The position numbers and the translations under genes were made by a program. DNA of 32,000 bases, taken from the NCBI GenBank assembly GCA_018985225.1, contig JADGIF010000003.1, forward strand, positions 23,020 through 55,019, read 5' to 3'. Shown here one piece after another: positions 1 through 10,697 of this stretch. The notes below the pieces were generated by a model that was not told where the DNA came from, did no database searches, and saw only the letters and a list, made by a program, of their open reading frames with translations. Within the stretch, counting starts at the first letter, position 1, and each line of letters starts with the position of its first letter. Origin of the DNA: Amoeboradix gromovi X-113. Lineage: Eukaryota; Fungi; Sanchytriomycota.

Positions 1-1092
1 ACAGTTAAGTTCTTTAGTAGATGCTTCAGCTGCTTTAGAGCCTGGAGCAGCTGAAGAGCTAGATAAAGCCATCTTTTGGGTTGTCTGACAATCTTTTTTT
101 TTATTTCTCAACTTTGCTACTTTCTCAACTGCGATACCTGCTGTGTATTTGCTCTTGACTGTAGGTGCTATATTCATAGAGAGGTCTGGTATAATCTTGT
201 TCAATGAATCCGCTTCTTGGACGAATACAGACCCCGTAGTTCTGTATCTGGACCTACTTGTATTTATATCTAATTGAGACGCAGTGTCTATAGCAGGAAG
301 CTCAACCTCTTCCACAACGGTATCAGGCAAATCGTCTTGAATTGCACTTAAATCTTTGACTTTGGATGAGTCCGATAAATTTAGTGACAAGTCGTGTCCG
401 GATCCACTTGCAACATTACCAGAAATTTGGTCGTTATTAGCAGATTCTAGGGAAATAAGGTTATCAGAAACTGTAGTTATTGACTCAGATCTAAGACTCG
501 TTGAATCAAAATCACCAAAACTAGAATTAGTGCTCAGGTTTATAGCTGAGTCAATTGAATGCTTGAAAACTAATTGAGGAGTTTTCTTCAAATGCAGACA
601 AGATGAGCCATCTAATGATCTACCAATACTTAACTTAGACGATTCTTTTGATGCATTCGATGTTACATCATTAGATGGACTTAGCTTCTGCTTTCTATCC
701 TGTACTTTATGTTTAATATTAGGACTGGACGGTGTATTACTTTTAGATTCTAAAAAACGCTCGTCTAAAGACTCATTTTGAATCGCTTCAGGTTCGGTGT
801 CGATATCTATCCATGGTGTTTGATTGTATTTATGGTACTTGTGGTTTAAACTGTCATATGAAGTATCAATAGTATCATCGATAGATGTACTTTTGTGCAG
901 CAGCGGGATGACGCTCTCAGAAATCTGCTGAGCATCTTTGTTGATGGTTGTAGCGATGCAGCTAATTGATTTTTTAGTTTTAAAGTTGGGCTCATTTGAA
1001 AAGGAGTAATTCTTAATAAATCTCAAGAGTTCAGCCCTTCTATAACTCTGGTACTCTAAGTATTTAAGATGTTGAGATTTCTTTTGCTTCAT
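1..1092 (-). CDS. Ser/Asp-rich low-complexity hypothetical protein, runs off the left edge
   Basis: Manual translation: ATG at 1092 (MKQKKSQHLKYLEYQSY...) stays open for 364 codons to base 1. It is absent from the ORF track because its stop lies outside the window. Confidence 0.75.
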   Translation of the reverse strand, partial: MKQKKSQHLKYLEYQSYRRAELLRFIKNYSFSNEPNFKTKKSISCIATTINKDAQQISESVIPLLHKSTSIDDTIDTSYDSLNHKYHKYNQTPWIDIDTEPEAIQNESLDERFLESKSNTPSSPNIKHKVQDRKQKLSPSNDVTSNASKESSKLSIGRSLDGSSCLHLKKTPQLVFKHSIDSAINLSTNSSFGDFDSTSLRSESITTVSDNLISLESANNDQISGNVASGSGHDLSLNLSDSSKVKDLSAIQDDLPDTVVEEVELPAIDTASQLDINTSRSRYRTTGSVFVQEADSLNKIIPDLSMNIAPTVKSKYTAGIAVEKVAKLRNKKKDCQTTQKMALSSSSAAPGSKAAEASTKELNC

Positions 1093-1198
1093 AATACAAA
1101 TCTCCTGATTGGGATTTGTAATGACAAGAATTGCGAATCGGCCAATCAGGAAAGAATATGTGGCATTTTACAGACTTAAAAATTTATTTTGATTAAAA

Positions 1199-1993
1199 TC
1201 AAATTGACTTTGGAGATTTGGGAGGAAGTTTATCTTCGTCAAGGATATGGTTAACAATGTTGTTGGCAATATCATCAGAGTTCTGATCAGATTTAGTTAA
1301 ACGGACATAATGCCAGCCTAGATCAAGATGCTTTGCAATAGGATCATTTTTATCCATAACATAAATAGGCATAAGAACTTGTTTATCGTTATCAGGGAGA
1401 AATTCTTTTAGCAAATGAACTGACTTAGTCTGGGAAAATGACATATTACCTAGATCTTTGCAAAGAATATCTTCACTGACATCATTTTTGCAGAGAGCTG
1501 ATGCTATACTGGAATTGTTTTGCATTAGTTTACCATCTTTGCTCAAAATTGCACTGGAAATTATAAAGGAATTACCGCGCTGTTTGTCTTTCTCGCTTAC
1601 AGAAAGAACTTTCGTTTCCCATCCGGGAGAGGTCTGTTTATCCGAAAATGTTCTAGTTGTCCATTCCTGTGTTTCTGCAGTAGGTTTAGATTTACGATAA
1701 GTTTGACGAGGCTCTCTTTGATTGTCTTTTTGGTTGTGTCTACTAGCGCCACGCTTGACTTTCCCCCCTCTAGAAGTAGTGGGAAGCACTTTGCTTAGCT
1801 TGTTTATCTCGTTATCCAACGTTTTTTGAAATTCTTCTTTTTCTTTTTTAGCCTGATCAACGTCAGAATCTTTTTTGCTCTTACTTTTCATGTTAGGGTT
1901 ACTCTTCTGGTCCACAGCATTTGGATTTAAACCAGGTAACTGATTAAAATCTGGTAACGGAACAGAGCTATCATTCATATTCTTCCAATCCAT
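1199..1993 (-). CDS. hypothetical protein (charged/disordered N-half)
   Basis: 264-aa ORF, TAAATG start context; no motif recognised. Confidence 0.7.
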   Translation of the reverse strand: MDWKNMNDSSVPLPDFNQLPGLNPNAVDQKSNPNMKSKSKKDSDVDQAKKEKEEFQKTLDNEINKLSKVLPTTSRGGKVKRGASRHNQKDNQREPRQTYRKSKPTAETQEWTTRTFSDKQTSPGWETKVLSVSEKDKQRGNSFIISSAILSKDGKLMQNNSSIASALCKNDVSEDILCKDLGNMSFSQTKSVHLLKEFLPDNDKQVLMPIYVMDKNDPIAKHLDLGWHYVRLTKSDQNSDDIANNIVNHILDEDKLPPKSPKSI

Positions 1994-2249
1994 TTATAAT
2001 ACAAAGGAGGTAAATCCAAAATCATCTCATCTGGGAACAGATTTGTGAAATTACCACTAAAATTTATTAAACCTGGACACCTGTAAATATTAGGGAATAG
2101 AAATCGAGTAGAGATTAGACTTTTGACATGTTTGGATTTACAGCGATATAGCGGTTCAAATTCATCTCCATTGTTTAACAAATCGAGATTATTTATATAG
2201 TAGGTGGTGTTATTGCGGCAATAAATGATTTACAATACATCCTGTTAAG

Positions 2250-2800
2250 ATTATGCGAAATGAAAAGATTGCTAGTTGATTTGAGTTGCTGTTCTCAAGA
2301 AGGAATTCGATGCGTCCGATACTCAGTTGCGAAATTGGGCAGACGAAGAGTCTACCTAGAAATCAATGAGAGATATGAAGTCACTTAGAAATAACACTTT
2401 GAAGCAGAGACTATTCCATAAATGCAAGTCAATACAACCAGAAACTGTTTATTATAAATCAGGGGTATCGACCATTTAGTGCTTTTATGCAACTATCAAT
2501 CGAGGGAAAGCGTACATTCTAGAATATTCAAATGCATAAATTACGGTCATGATGGCCATATAGATGTCAATCCAAGGCAAAAACATGCTAAATGGTATCT
2601 AGCCAAGTTCTTCGACATCTAGGAATTAGTCCAAGAATTGAAGTATATATTATTTTTATCTGTTTCCATGTGCTTAGAGAGAAAACATTACAAAGAATGG
2701 CAATGCAGGAAAGACATTCAAGACAAGACTCAAAAGCAACAAGGATGGCTATTGCATTAACAGCATTAGTTTACAATGCGTAAACTACTCTCGTCTTCTT
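2250..2800 (+). pseudogene. possible decayed LINE ORF1 (gag-like zinc knuckle) relic
   Basis: At ~2521-2600 a frameshifted RIFKCINYGH..RCQSKAKTC resembles CxxCxxxGHxxxxC knuckles; many stops. Confidence 0.3.
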
Positions 2801-3086
2801 ATTCACTGAACAATGTTTTATTCAACTATTTCAAAAGTCCGTAATTAAAAGTGCAAAAGGAGTCTAAGGGGTTAGTTGTCAGCTTAGCTACTTTATGATT
2901 AAAAGAGTCTGTCTTCACTTATGAACTACTGTAGAGTATTTGATCGCAAATTTGTAAAACAGCTTTAGATTTTGTAGAATAAATTATTTATGAAGAATTT
3001 TTATGCATTTTTATATTATTAGGTGAATTTTTTAGGGTTTTCAAATACCTCAAACACTCGATATTCTTCATTTTCGCATATAGTAA

Positions 3087-4702
3087 ATGGATGTAATCCT
3101 GAACATGTCAAAACCTGGTTGGTTGGAAAAATGTAAAATTTTGTCATGTTGTACTCTCAAACGTCTACAATTAGTTCCACAAGATCTACTGGCTTTATTT
3201 TCTGATAAATCTCAAGCCCTTACGAAACAGGAACGTGATATATTCATCAAAGGTGTTATCGTAGCTTGCGAAGTAACAAGTTTATCTGCCAATACTACCA
3301 AGAAACGATTCAACTATACAATTTATCCATTTGGAAAAGTATGCAGAGGTGCTCTGACGACCTTGCTAACCATCTCGTGCCAACAATTTCAAAATATCGT
3401 AAACGATTCAAATCAATTCAAGTCTAGACACCATGGCAACAAGGGTAAAGTATTCAACCACGCACTAAATTCTCAAGAAAAAGCTTGTATCAAAGAATGG
3501 CTTTTTGACTTTGCTGAGATTTATGGCGAACAAAGACCTGGAAGAACTTATATGTATAAACAAACCAAGAGGACAAGAGACGTTGCACTTCTCCGGCTAC
3601 CTGCAGACTTTACCATTATCAAATTACATCAGATATACTCGAACTCTGAAAATGCCATTGCTATCGGATATGAGACTTTCAGACGATTATACCAGGAGTG
3701 TGATAATATACGAATAAGATCACCTAGAAGTGACATGTGATACATGCATCGAATTTAAACTGATTTTATCAACTAATGAACTTGCAGAATCAATGTTACT
3801 AAACATTACAACGAAATTTCAAGATCACTTAAGACAAGCTAAGGTTGTTAGGGTAGACTACAATAATTACAGGACAAGGGTTGGAAAAACTACACTTTCT
3901 TTTGGCTTTAGTCAGAATCTGTGTCTCCCTCAATTAAAAGATCAACCTTCAGAGCTTTACTTTCTATCATTATTAAATGTCTCTTTATTTAGGATTTACA
4001 ATGAATCAAGCAAGAGACAAGTGAATTATATTTACAGAGAAGATGTTGGAAAGAAAGGTAACAATAATGTAGCCAGAATGTTGGTAGATTATACCTGTAG
4101 ACTCTCTGAACAAGCGAGAAGGTATCCAGTGTTATTCGCAGATAATTGTGTAGGACAGAATAAGAATAATACTATTGTGAAATTACTTTGTTGGCTATGT
4201 GTGTCTGGTGTATCCGAGTCCATTCAACTCACCTTTATGATCAAATGTCATACTAAATCTAGTCCAGATAGCTGTTTTGGCCATATCAAGAAGAAATTTT
4301 ACAGTCAAGATGTGTATACTGTAGGTCAGATATCAGAGGTAGTAGAATTATCTTCCACTTCTAATAGTAAGTGTATTGAATTTCCTGGAAGGAGATTTAA
4401 AGAATATCGTTCCAAGTTGGATACCTTTTTCAATGATATCTCAGGTATTGCAGGCTATCAATCCTTTTTCATTCAAGTCTAACACTCCTGGGAAAGTCAT
4501 TTTGAAAAAGTTTATCAATGATCCAGATATTTTAGACACTATAATAGATCTTAGGTAAGATTTTCAGTTGAGTGTAGAAGAGTATGCATTTCAACCTGAA
4601 GTGTTAGAACCACCTTTTCTCACAGAGAGAAAGAAGAAAGATTTATCTAAAGTTAAGAAGTACATGCCTGAATATCTGAGAAATACTTTGTTATTTGAAT
4701 GA
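3087..4702 (+). pseudogene. Sola-type (probably Sola2) DDD transposase pseudogene
   Basis: Motifs RSD-CDTC, LSF(G)FSQN, FADNCVGQNKN, (C)HTKSSPDSCFGHIKK and C-terminal PPFLTEKKKKDLSKVKKYMPE. Frameshifts near 3735 and 4470; premature TAA at 4556-4558; expected first catalytic Asp reads Gly. Confidence 0.8.
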
Positions 4703-4769
4703 AATAAAATAGGTTTACTTTAAATTCAATCATATAAAATATTTATCTTTGTAATTTCGATAAAAATTG

Positions 4770-4798
4770 TCTAGTCTAGTTTTTACATAGCATGTCCC
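4770..4798 (+). repeat. right TIR of the transposase element
   Basis: tctagtctagtttttacatagcatgtccc; reverse complement GGGACATGCTATGTAAAAACTAGACTAGA shares GGGACA and TAAAAACTAGACTA with the four-copy repeat TIR. No left TIR found. Confidence 0.7.
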
Positions 4799-4888
4799 AA
4801 GTTGATGTTAATTAATATATATATTATATTTAAAGATTTTATATGAAGGCAGTAATATCTAGAAGATTGCGAAATATGTTTTTCAAAC

Positions 4889-6722
4889 ATGGTAGATAAT
4901 AATCTTAAAGATTCATTTCAAAAACTAGTTGAAAGAGCCTACAAACTTGAAAATATTAATGATGAATTGATAAAAGAAGGTGTCAATATATGTTATGAAA
5001 TGGCAACTAAGTCAGGCTTTAAACTATACAAGTCTGAAAAAGTCGAAGAATATTTGGTTGATTTGGTTTATGAGATGGTTCGTTTAGAGGTTTTGATAGA
5101 ATTTGGCTTTGAAATCTGTACATCTGTTGGTAGAAATAAAATTATCGTGGGTTGTCGAGGTGTTGGTAAAAGTACATTGCTGAAAGTTGGTGCTAAAGTA
5201 ATAGAAGCACTTTGTAAACATATTGCAGTTTACGAGTGGAATTTCGAAGAAAGACCAGCTTTAAATGAGGATGCCAGACCTACAAAACACTTTGGCATCA
5301 CATCACCTGATAGTCAAGAACTAAAAGCGGAAATCATATTGAGAAAAAAAACTGTGTTTTTGTTTATGGACGAGTTTCAAAAACTAGATGTTGATCTGCA
5401 AGACCCTAACGCTAGCGTTTCCAAAATGATTCTAAGTGACATGATGCTTTTTGCAAAGAATCCATTTTCAGTCGTATTTGTTGCCAGCAGTGTCAATTCA
5501 ATTACTCGGATCGTATTTCGACATACAGGTCCTGTAAAATCACTTCTACCAAACATGAATGATCAGGTGTTTACTGTGTTACGTGTCCCGGAACTAAGAA
5601 ATGAAAACGAGATTAAGGAATTTATTGGTGGAAGAAAGCCAAATATTGACATGAATGAGTTGTTTTACTATAAAGGAGGCATCGGTCGTGAAATGTTGGA
5701 TTTCCATAAGCCTTAAACATAATGAAACAAAAATCATTATTTTTAAGGAAAAATTAAATTCATCATTATTCTTCCCAAAAATTGTATATTGTTTATGTTC
5801 AAAGCAGCTTGAACATATCGGAATTAAATCATTTGATGACTTTGATCGTGGAAAAGCAATTCAGAAAGTTTTTGATAGAACAACTATTCCGAGTTGCTTC
5901 ATACACAATCTTTTTCACAAAAAGGATCATTCTGATCTGGGAGAAGAGTTATTTAGCCTACAAGACTTGGGTTACTTGTCGCTTATTGGTACAGATCAAT
6001 ATGACCTAACTTATCCAATTTGGATTGAGACAGTTGTAGAATGGTTCAAAGAAGTACCAATGAGAAATTTACATCTAGCTACAGAAATTACACTAAATGG
6101 GTTAGGTGATGGTATAGGTTCGCCAGGTGCTTGCATGGAACGCCATATTATTGAAAAGTTTCCATCTTATCTGGAAGGCATCATTGAATTCTATGGGATT
6201 TTGGATTTGGAGAACATAGATATTGACCAAATTACATCAAAATTATTTACATTTTCGCAAGATAAAGGCTTGGACGCTATCTTTTTCATTGAAAACGATG
6301 ACAAAATTCAAATAAACTCTGTACAAGTTAAATGCGGAAAATCATTTATTACACTTGGTAACATGAAGAATCCTGATTCAGATAATGAATCATTTGCATC
6401 TATCTTTCACAAAGCACATAAACAATTAGCTCATTTTATTAAAAACGTAGAAAATCAAGATTGGGGGAGGTTTGTCATTGGACCATTGTATATAATAACG
6501 AGTAGATCATTAGGCCAACAAGTTACTAAAGAATTTTTAAAAAAAGAACATAATTTCATTATTGGTAGGAAAAATAATGTATTTGAATCAACCGATGACT
6601 TCTTTAAAAATACAAAGATGTCTTTCGAGTTGATCTGTGGTTCTGAATTTGCAAAGCTATTTGGTCCTGATATTCTAAAAGCTGCAAATGTTTCAATTGA
6701 TGAAAATACTGAAGCAAAATAA
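4889..6722 (+). CDS. P-loop NTPase + PD-(D/E)xK-like nuclease (Crinkler/RHS-type architecture), split near 5700
   Basis: Walker A GCRGVGKS, Walker B FLFMDE, GGIGRE motif; downstream ORF has GLDAIFF...SVQVKCG (D...QxK). The two ORFs overlap and are joined by a frameshift or a 16-nt GT-AG (5695-5710). Confidence 0.6.
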
Positions 6723-6970
6723 ATTAATTTAATTTTTCTTATTAATTAACTATTACAAAGTAGCGTTTTGTTTTTACAGAAATAAGAAATATGGCCTGAT
6801 TTGACAAATTGTACCTAGGTCGTTTTGAGACCAAACGAGATAAATGTTTGATCTGATGAAATGTACCTACTTGATGTGATTGGATAAAAATTAATTTAAA
6901 TTGAAATACTTTTGATTAGTTCAAAATTTTAACTATTTAGATGATTGGATCATGTAAACTTTATACAAGT

Positions 6971-7443
6971 GAGACATCAAATATAAAAACCGGACTAACT
7001 TTCTTTAACAACTTGGAACATTATTTAAGAGGCGAGTGGACATTCAGCTAGTTGCGGAGTTGACGAGTATAAAAGGAGAATAAATATTCTGTACAGCTAT
7101 TCTCTTACTCTTTTATCCAATCTTTATTTCAAATAAACCTCTGATTAATATCACTGTTACTCTGTAAAAACTAGAATAGATAAGAGTAATGATGTTAGCA
7201 TAACATTACAAAACGACTCTAGAAAAGAGTACCGTCTAGGAAAATGCACCCTTTGCTTAGATGCTCAAAGACCTTTCATGTTTGAACAAGATGCAGGGTC
7301 TTCTAGTTTTATTTTAAAAAGAGGAATACAATTAATGAGAGAATCTTGGTATAATAGAAGATCTTTTATTAATGATAGCATTTCCTCTGTATGGTGCACC
7401 TCCTTTAAAAATGAGTTAGTCTAGTTTTTATATTTGGTGTCCC
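6971..7443 (+). mobile_element. non-autonomous TIR element with Fanzor/TnpB C-terminal remnant, copy 1
   Basis: TIRs GAGACATCAAATATAAAAACCGGACTAACT / AGTTAGTCTAGTTTTTATATTTGGTGTCCC; open frame ...RKEYRLGKCTLCLDAQRPFMFEQDAGSSSFILKRG... Confidence 0.9.
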
Positions 7444-7476
7444 AGATGCTTATTTTTAAAATTTTGATACATTTTG

Positions 7477-7505
7477 TCTAGTCTAGTTTTTACAGAGTGT
7501 GTGCC
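7477..7505 (+). repeat. orphan TIR of a related subfamily
   Basis: tctagtctagtttttacagagtgtgtgcc matches the 4770-4798 terminus. Confidence 0.55.
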
Positions 7506-7509
7506 ATAT

Positions 7510-7655
7510 AGAGGCCTATGGTAGCATAGAACATATTCTTATATGAGCCTGTTCATTCCCGCCTCAGGGTAGTAGAATAGTGAGCAGCTGGATAACGGAG
7601 TGGCCGACTAAGTCAGTTTTTCTGTTCAGCTTCTAGATTTCTTGTAAACTAGCGT
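7510..7655 (-). pseudogene. LINE APE-endonuclease relic (family B, copy 1)
   Basis: Nucleotide similarity to 22984-23085 (cagggtagt.gaa...taacggagtg...ttcta.atttcttgt). Confidence 0.45.
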
Positions 7656-7714
7656 CATCAAAAGTGGTATATAAATAAAATGATTTTTAACTTTGACCCT
7701 TGTTTTATGCTCAG

Positions 7715-8522
7715 ATGAATGGATTACTTCCAAACTCGCACTCGGGAGAGAAGAAAACTAAATCTCAAGAGGAACTGAGAATGGAAAGTACAAGACATTC
7801 TCCTTCAGGCTCAGTGCAATCTGCACCAATTCATCAAAATCACTTACCACCAATAAAATTTGATGGTAAAATAGATCTTCGCAGAATATTCAGTCTAATT
7901 GAGTATAAAGGACTCAGGTTTCTAATACTAGACTGTCCCACTGAAAGCACACTTCCAATTATAGTGAATGAGTTCAAAAAATATAATGTCACAGACGTAG
8001 TTCGAGTGTGTGAACCAACATATAACACGAAAAAACTAACAGAGGAGGGGATTTCAGTACTAGATGTGCCTTATTTAGATGGCGGAACCCCTCCGCAGCA
8101 TATAATCTTAAAGTTTCTTGGGTTGGTCCAGCAAAGATATAATGATTTTCCTTCCAAGAAGTCAATGCTAACTGCGTCATCATCGCAAATACTGGAGCCG
8201 ATTTCCCCAATGAAGCAAGAAGAGCTACTCTCAGTGTCTATGCCGACTGTAGCTGTTGAAAACCCGACAATTGCAGTGCATTGTGTAGCTGGTTTAGGTA
8301 GAGCACCTGTATTAATAGCAATTGCACTGATTGAGCATGGAATGGCCAACTTAGATGCTGTTGATTTTATACGTGAAAAGAGGCGCGGTGCATTTAATAA
8401 TCTTCAGATTGTGTACATTGACAGGTATTTTACGATAATTTAGATATAAGCGTGTTTTAACCAAGGAATCAGATAAAAATTGGTTTCGTACATTTGTAAA
8501 TAAAATTAAAACAAGAGAATAA
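7715..8522 (+). CDS. PTP4A1: PRL/PTP4A-type protein tyrosine phosphatase; exons 7715-8424, 8444-8522
   Basis: VVRVCEPTY, HCVAGLGRAPVL, RRGAFN. Removing the 19-nt intron gives IDRYKR, matching PRL LEKYRP. Confidence 0.92.
8425..8443 (+). other. 19-nt spliceosomal intron
   Basis: GTATTTTACGATAATTTAG. Confidence 0.8.
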
Positions 8523-8627
8523 ATTTAATTTAAGCATTCATTTATGACATTCAAGCACTGCAGGAGTAGCATCTAGAGTTCTACAAATACTTGCTAGTTA
8601 GTTTGAATATAAAATACAATTTACTTA

Positions 8628-9125
8628 CTACTGGATTCTAAAAAAAGTTGGAATAGAGTCCTTGTCTACAAAAAATCGGAGCACCAATACAATTGGCTCA
8701 GAGTAGTGATGACTTAAAACTTTATGAACAACAGTAATATTGGATGGAGTCATGTCTTCATACGAAAGAACATTATTCCAAAACCCTTCCAATGGGTTTA
8801 AAAACTTGTTTCGCTCATGTATGACGAGAAGCTGCTCATCATTTACAAATAAATAAGTATATGACTCTATACACCCTTCGTCTAATGCCATGTATGTAGA
8901 CATAGAGTTTCTACACTCTCTTAACGGAAAGTTCAAAATAAAAACTGGAGTTTTCGCGTCATAGTATACCTTCAAATTTAAATTTTCTTTGATCTTTCGT
9001 ATTGGTGAATCAGTAACTGTGATACCGACTGTCTCTCCATCAATGATAAAAGCATAATGAATCTTGGGGAGAAGCTCGGCCATAATGTTGGCTTGCTTTT
9101 TGTAGTTTTGATTTATCCAGCTCAT
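8628..9125 (-). CDS. hypothetical protein
   Basis: First ATG of the open frame is at 9125 (MSWINQNY); no motif recognised; may be part of the upstream gene. Confidence 0.45.
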   Translation of the reverse strand: MSWINQNYKKQANIMAELLPKIHYAFIIDGETVGITVTDSPIRKIKENLNLKVYYDAKTPVFILNFPLRECRNSMSTYMALDEGCIESYTYLFVNDEQLLVIHERNKFLNPLEGFWNNVLSYEDMTPSNITVVHKVLSHHYSEPIVLVLRFFVDKDSIPTFFRIQ

Positions 9126-9296
9126 GTTTAGTAAACGAACCTTTATGTGTCTAGTAGCTTGAAATGTAGGATTAATACAAACCAATGCCTTGTTTGTTTC
9201 ACGGGTATAAATGAAGTTGTTGAAAGGAGTTAAAACCAAAAATAGTTAATTTCTATTCACAGTCAACACAAACTAGTTCTTAATAACCAAAGGAAT

Positions 9297-9984
9297 TTAT
9301 TTATGATAATGAGAAATCGAAAGAATGGCATGGCCTTTTGGTGATGCAAACAAAGAGTAAATAAACTTTCCAAGATCATCATCAAGTTCTAGGAAATTAG
9401 CACGACTCTTGAATACCAGTTCCAGCAGACCGCATGGATCAGAAAACGGGAATAAACCATCATCATATTTTAGCCTACATCTTAATTGCTTCTTGATATA
9501 ATCGAAAGGAATATCAGTCGTAAATAATCTTATATCTGCTTGGTATACATGCTTGTTTCCCGAGGACAGTGGGGACATTAACAAGCCATTTTTAACTATC
9601 TTACTGCAATTATGTACTAGAAAAACAACAGATTCGTATTTCTAAATTAACATAAAGTACCAAAAAACACTCATTCAGCCTCTCCTGTTTTGACAGTGAA
9701 AATTTGAAAGTTCCCTGCTGTTGATGAGAGTGGAATATAGATTCATGGACAAGAAAGTACTTGGTATCATAGTACATTTGCAGTGTAGGCGTAGAATTTA
9801 GATGAGGAATAGAAGAGCATTTCATCGCATCCAGCATATCCGCATAACACTTGAATATCAGGATTCCACTTTTGCCTTCTAATTGCAAAGATGCAGTAGG
9901 ACAATGCCTGTAAAAGTAGTTTTTTGCAGTTTCTTCAGACCAATGATAAGGTAGTTGGATTTTCAATTGTAGATTCGGCTGCAT
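9297..9984 (-). CDS. hypothetical protein; exons 9984-9661, 9641-9297
   Basis: A 19-nt intron joins ORFs 9610..10200 and 9297..9584 in frame (ECFL|KYESVVF...GLLMSP). Start uncertain (9984 or 10200). Confidence 0.5.
9642..9660 (-). other. 19-nt spliceosomal intron
   Basis: GTACTTTATGTTAATTTAG; restores frame between two ORFs. Confidence 0.65.
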
Positions 9985-10229
9985 CTTTGACCTTTGTTTT
10001 AATGATATGCCCCGAATAAACAGCGAATAAACACGTGATCGCAACAACTTTGACAGTTCGGGATTAAAGATGAATAAACTATATAGTGTGATAACATAAA
10101 TCATATCGCTACAATGCGCTCTTTTTCTAGTATTTTTTAATTTCATAAAAACTCGATTATCTTTTCTTTCATCATGGTAAATCGCTACAAGTCGTCTCAT
10201 TCTAAACTTGTGATATATAGAAAGATCGT

Positions 10230-10675
10230 TTATAAATTGAGTTTATATTTTTTCATTTTAGAAACTCTTCTAGCGATGAAATTATTGTTCAAAAAGGGAA
10301 ACAAATTGGTGGGCTGTAATAATACTTTTACCAGCAAAACGAGTTGAAGATGTGGAAAATCAATTTGGAAAAGTACTTGTATGCAATCCCTTATCTGGAA
10401 GTGGATGGAGAGACCATATGGCAGCAAGAAACATGTATTTTAAGTAAATTTATCAACATTTAATTCAATATCAGGTTACTGGAAGTTTAAGTAACCACTG
10501 TAACAAAGCGATTGGCTTTTTCCGTTTTTTCATAGAAATTCTTGATTTTCTCTGAAATCGGGACTTTGGTGAGGATATAGACTTTACAGAATAACAGAGA
10601 ATCCAAAGCGGTTCTCTTATCCTAATCTTTCTATCCCGCTATTTTTATGAGTTTATACTGAAGGCAAAGTTTTTA
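10230..10675 (-). pseudogene. LINE APE-endonuclease relic (family B, copy 2)
   Basis: LCLQ..TH-like motif at ~10647-10669 and LVKVLLQP (VYxxP-like); 10499-10567 aligns with 23027-23093. Confidence 0.5.
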
Positions 10676-10697
10676 CTTGAAACAAAGTAGTTTTTAC

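Noticed and set aside
1975-2181. Upstream exon for the 1199-1993 gene
   Set aside because: No 19-21 nt GT-AG was found that joins the frames; ATG 1993 has a good context.
6797-6869. Imperfect 21-nt direct repeat tgat.tga..aa.tgtaccta
   Set aside because: Only two units in AT-rich DNA; no assignable function.
8666-8684. Candidate 19-nt intron GTGCTCCGATTTTTTGTAG (minus strand)
   Set aside because: Atypical donor, no branch motif and no homology to test it.
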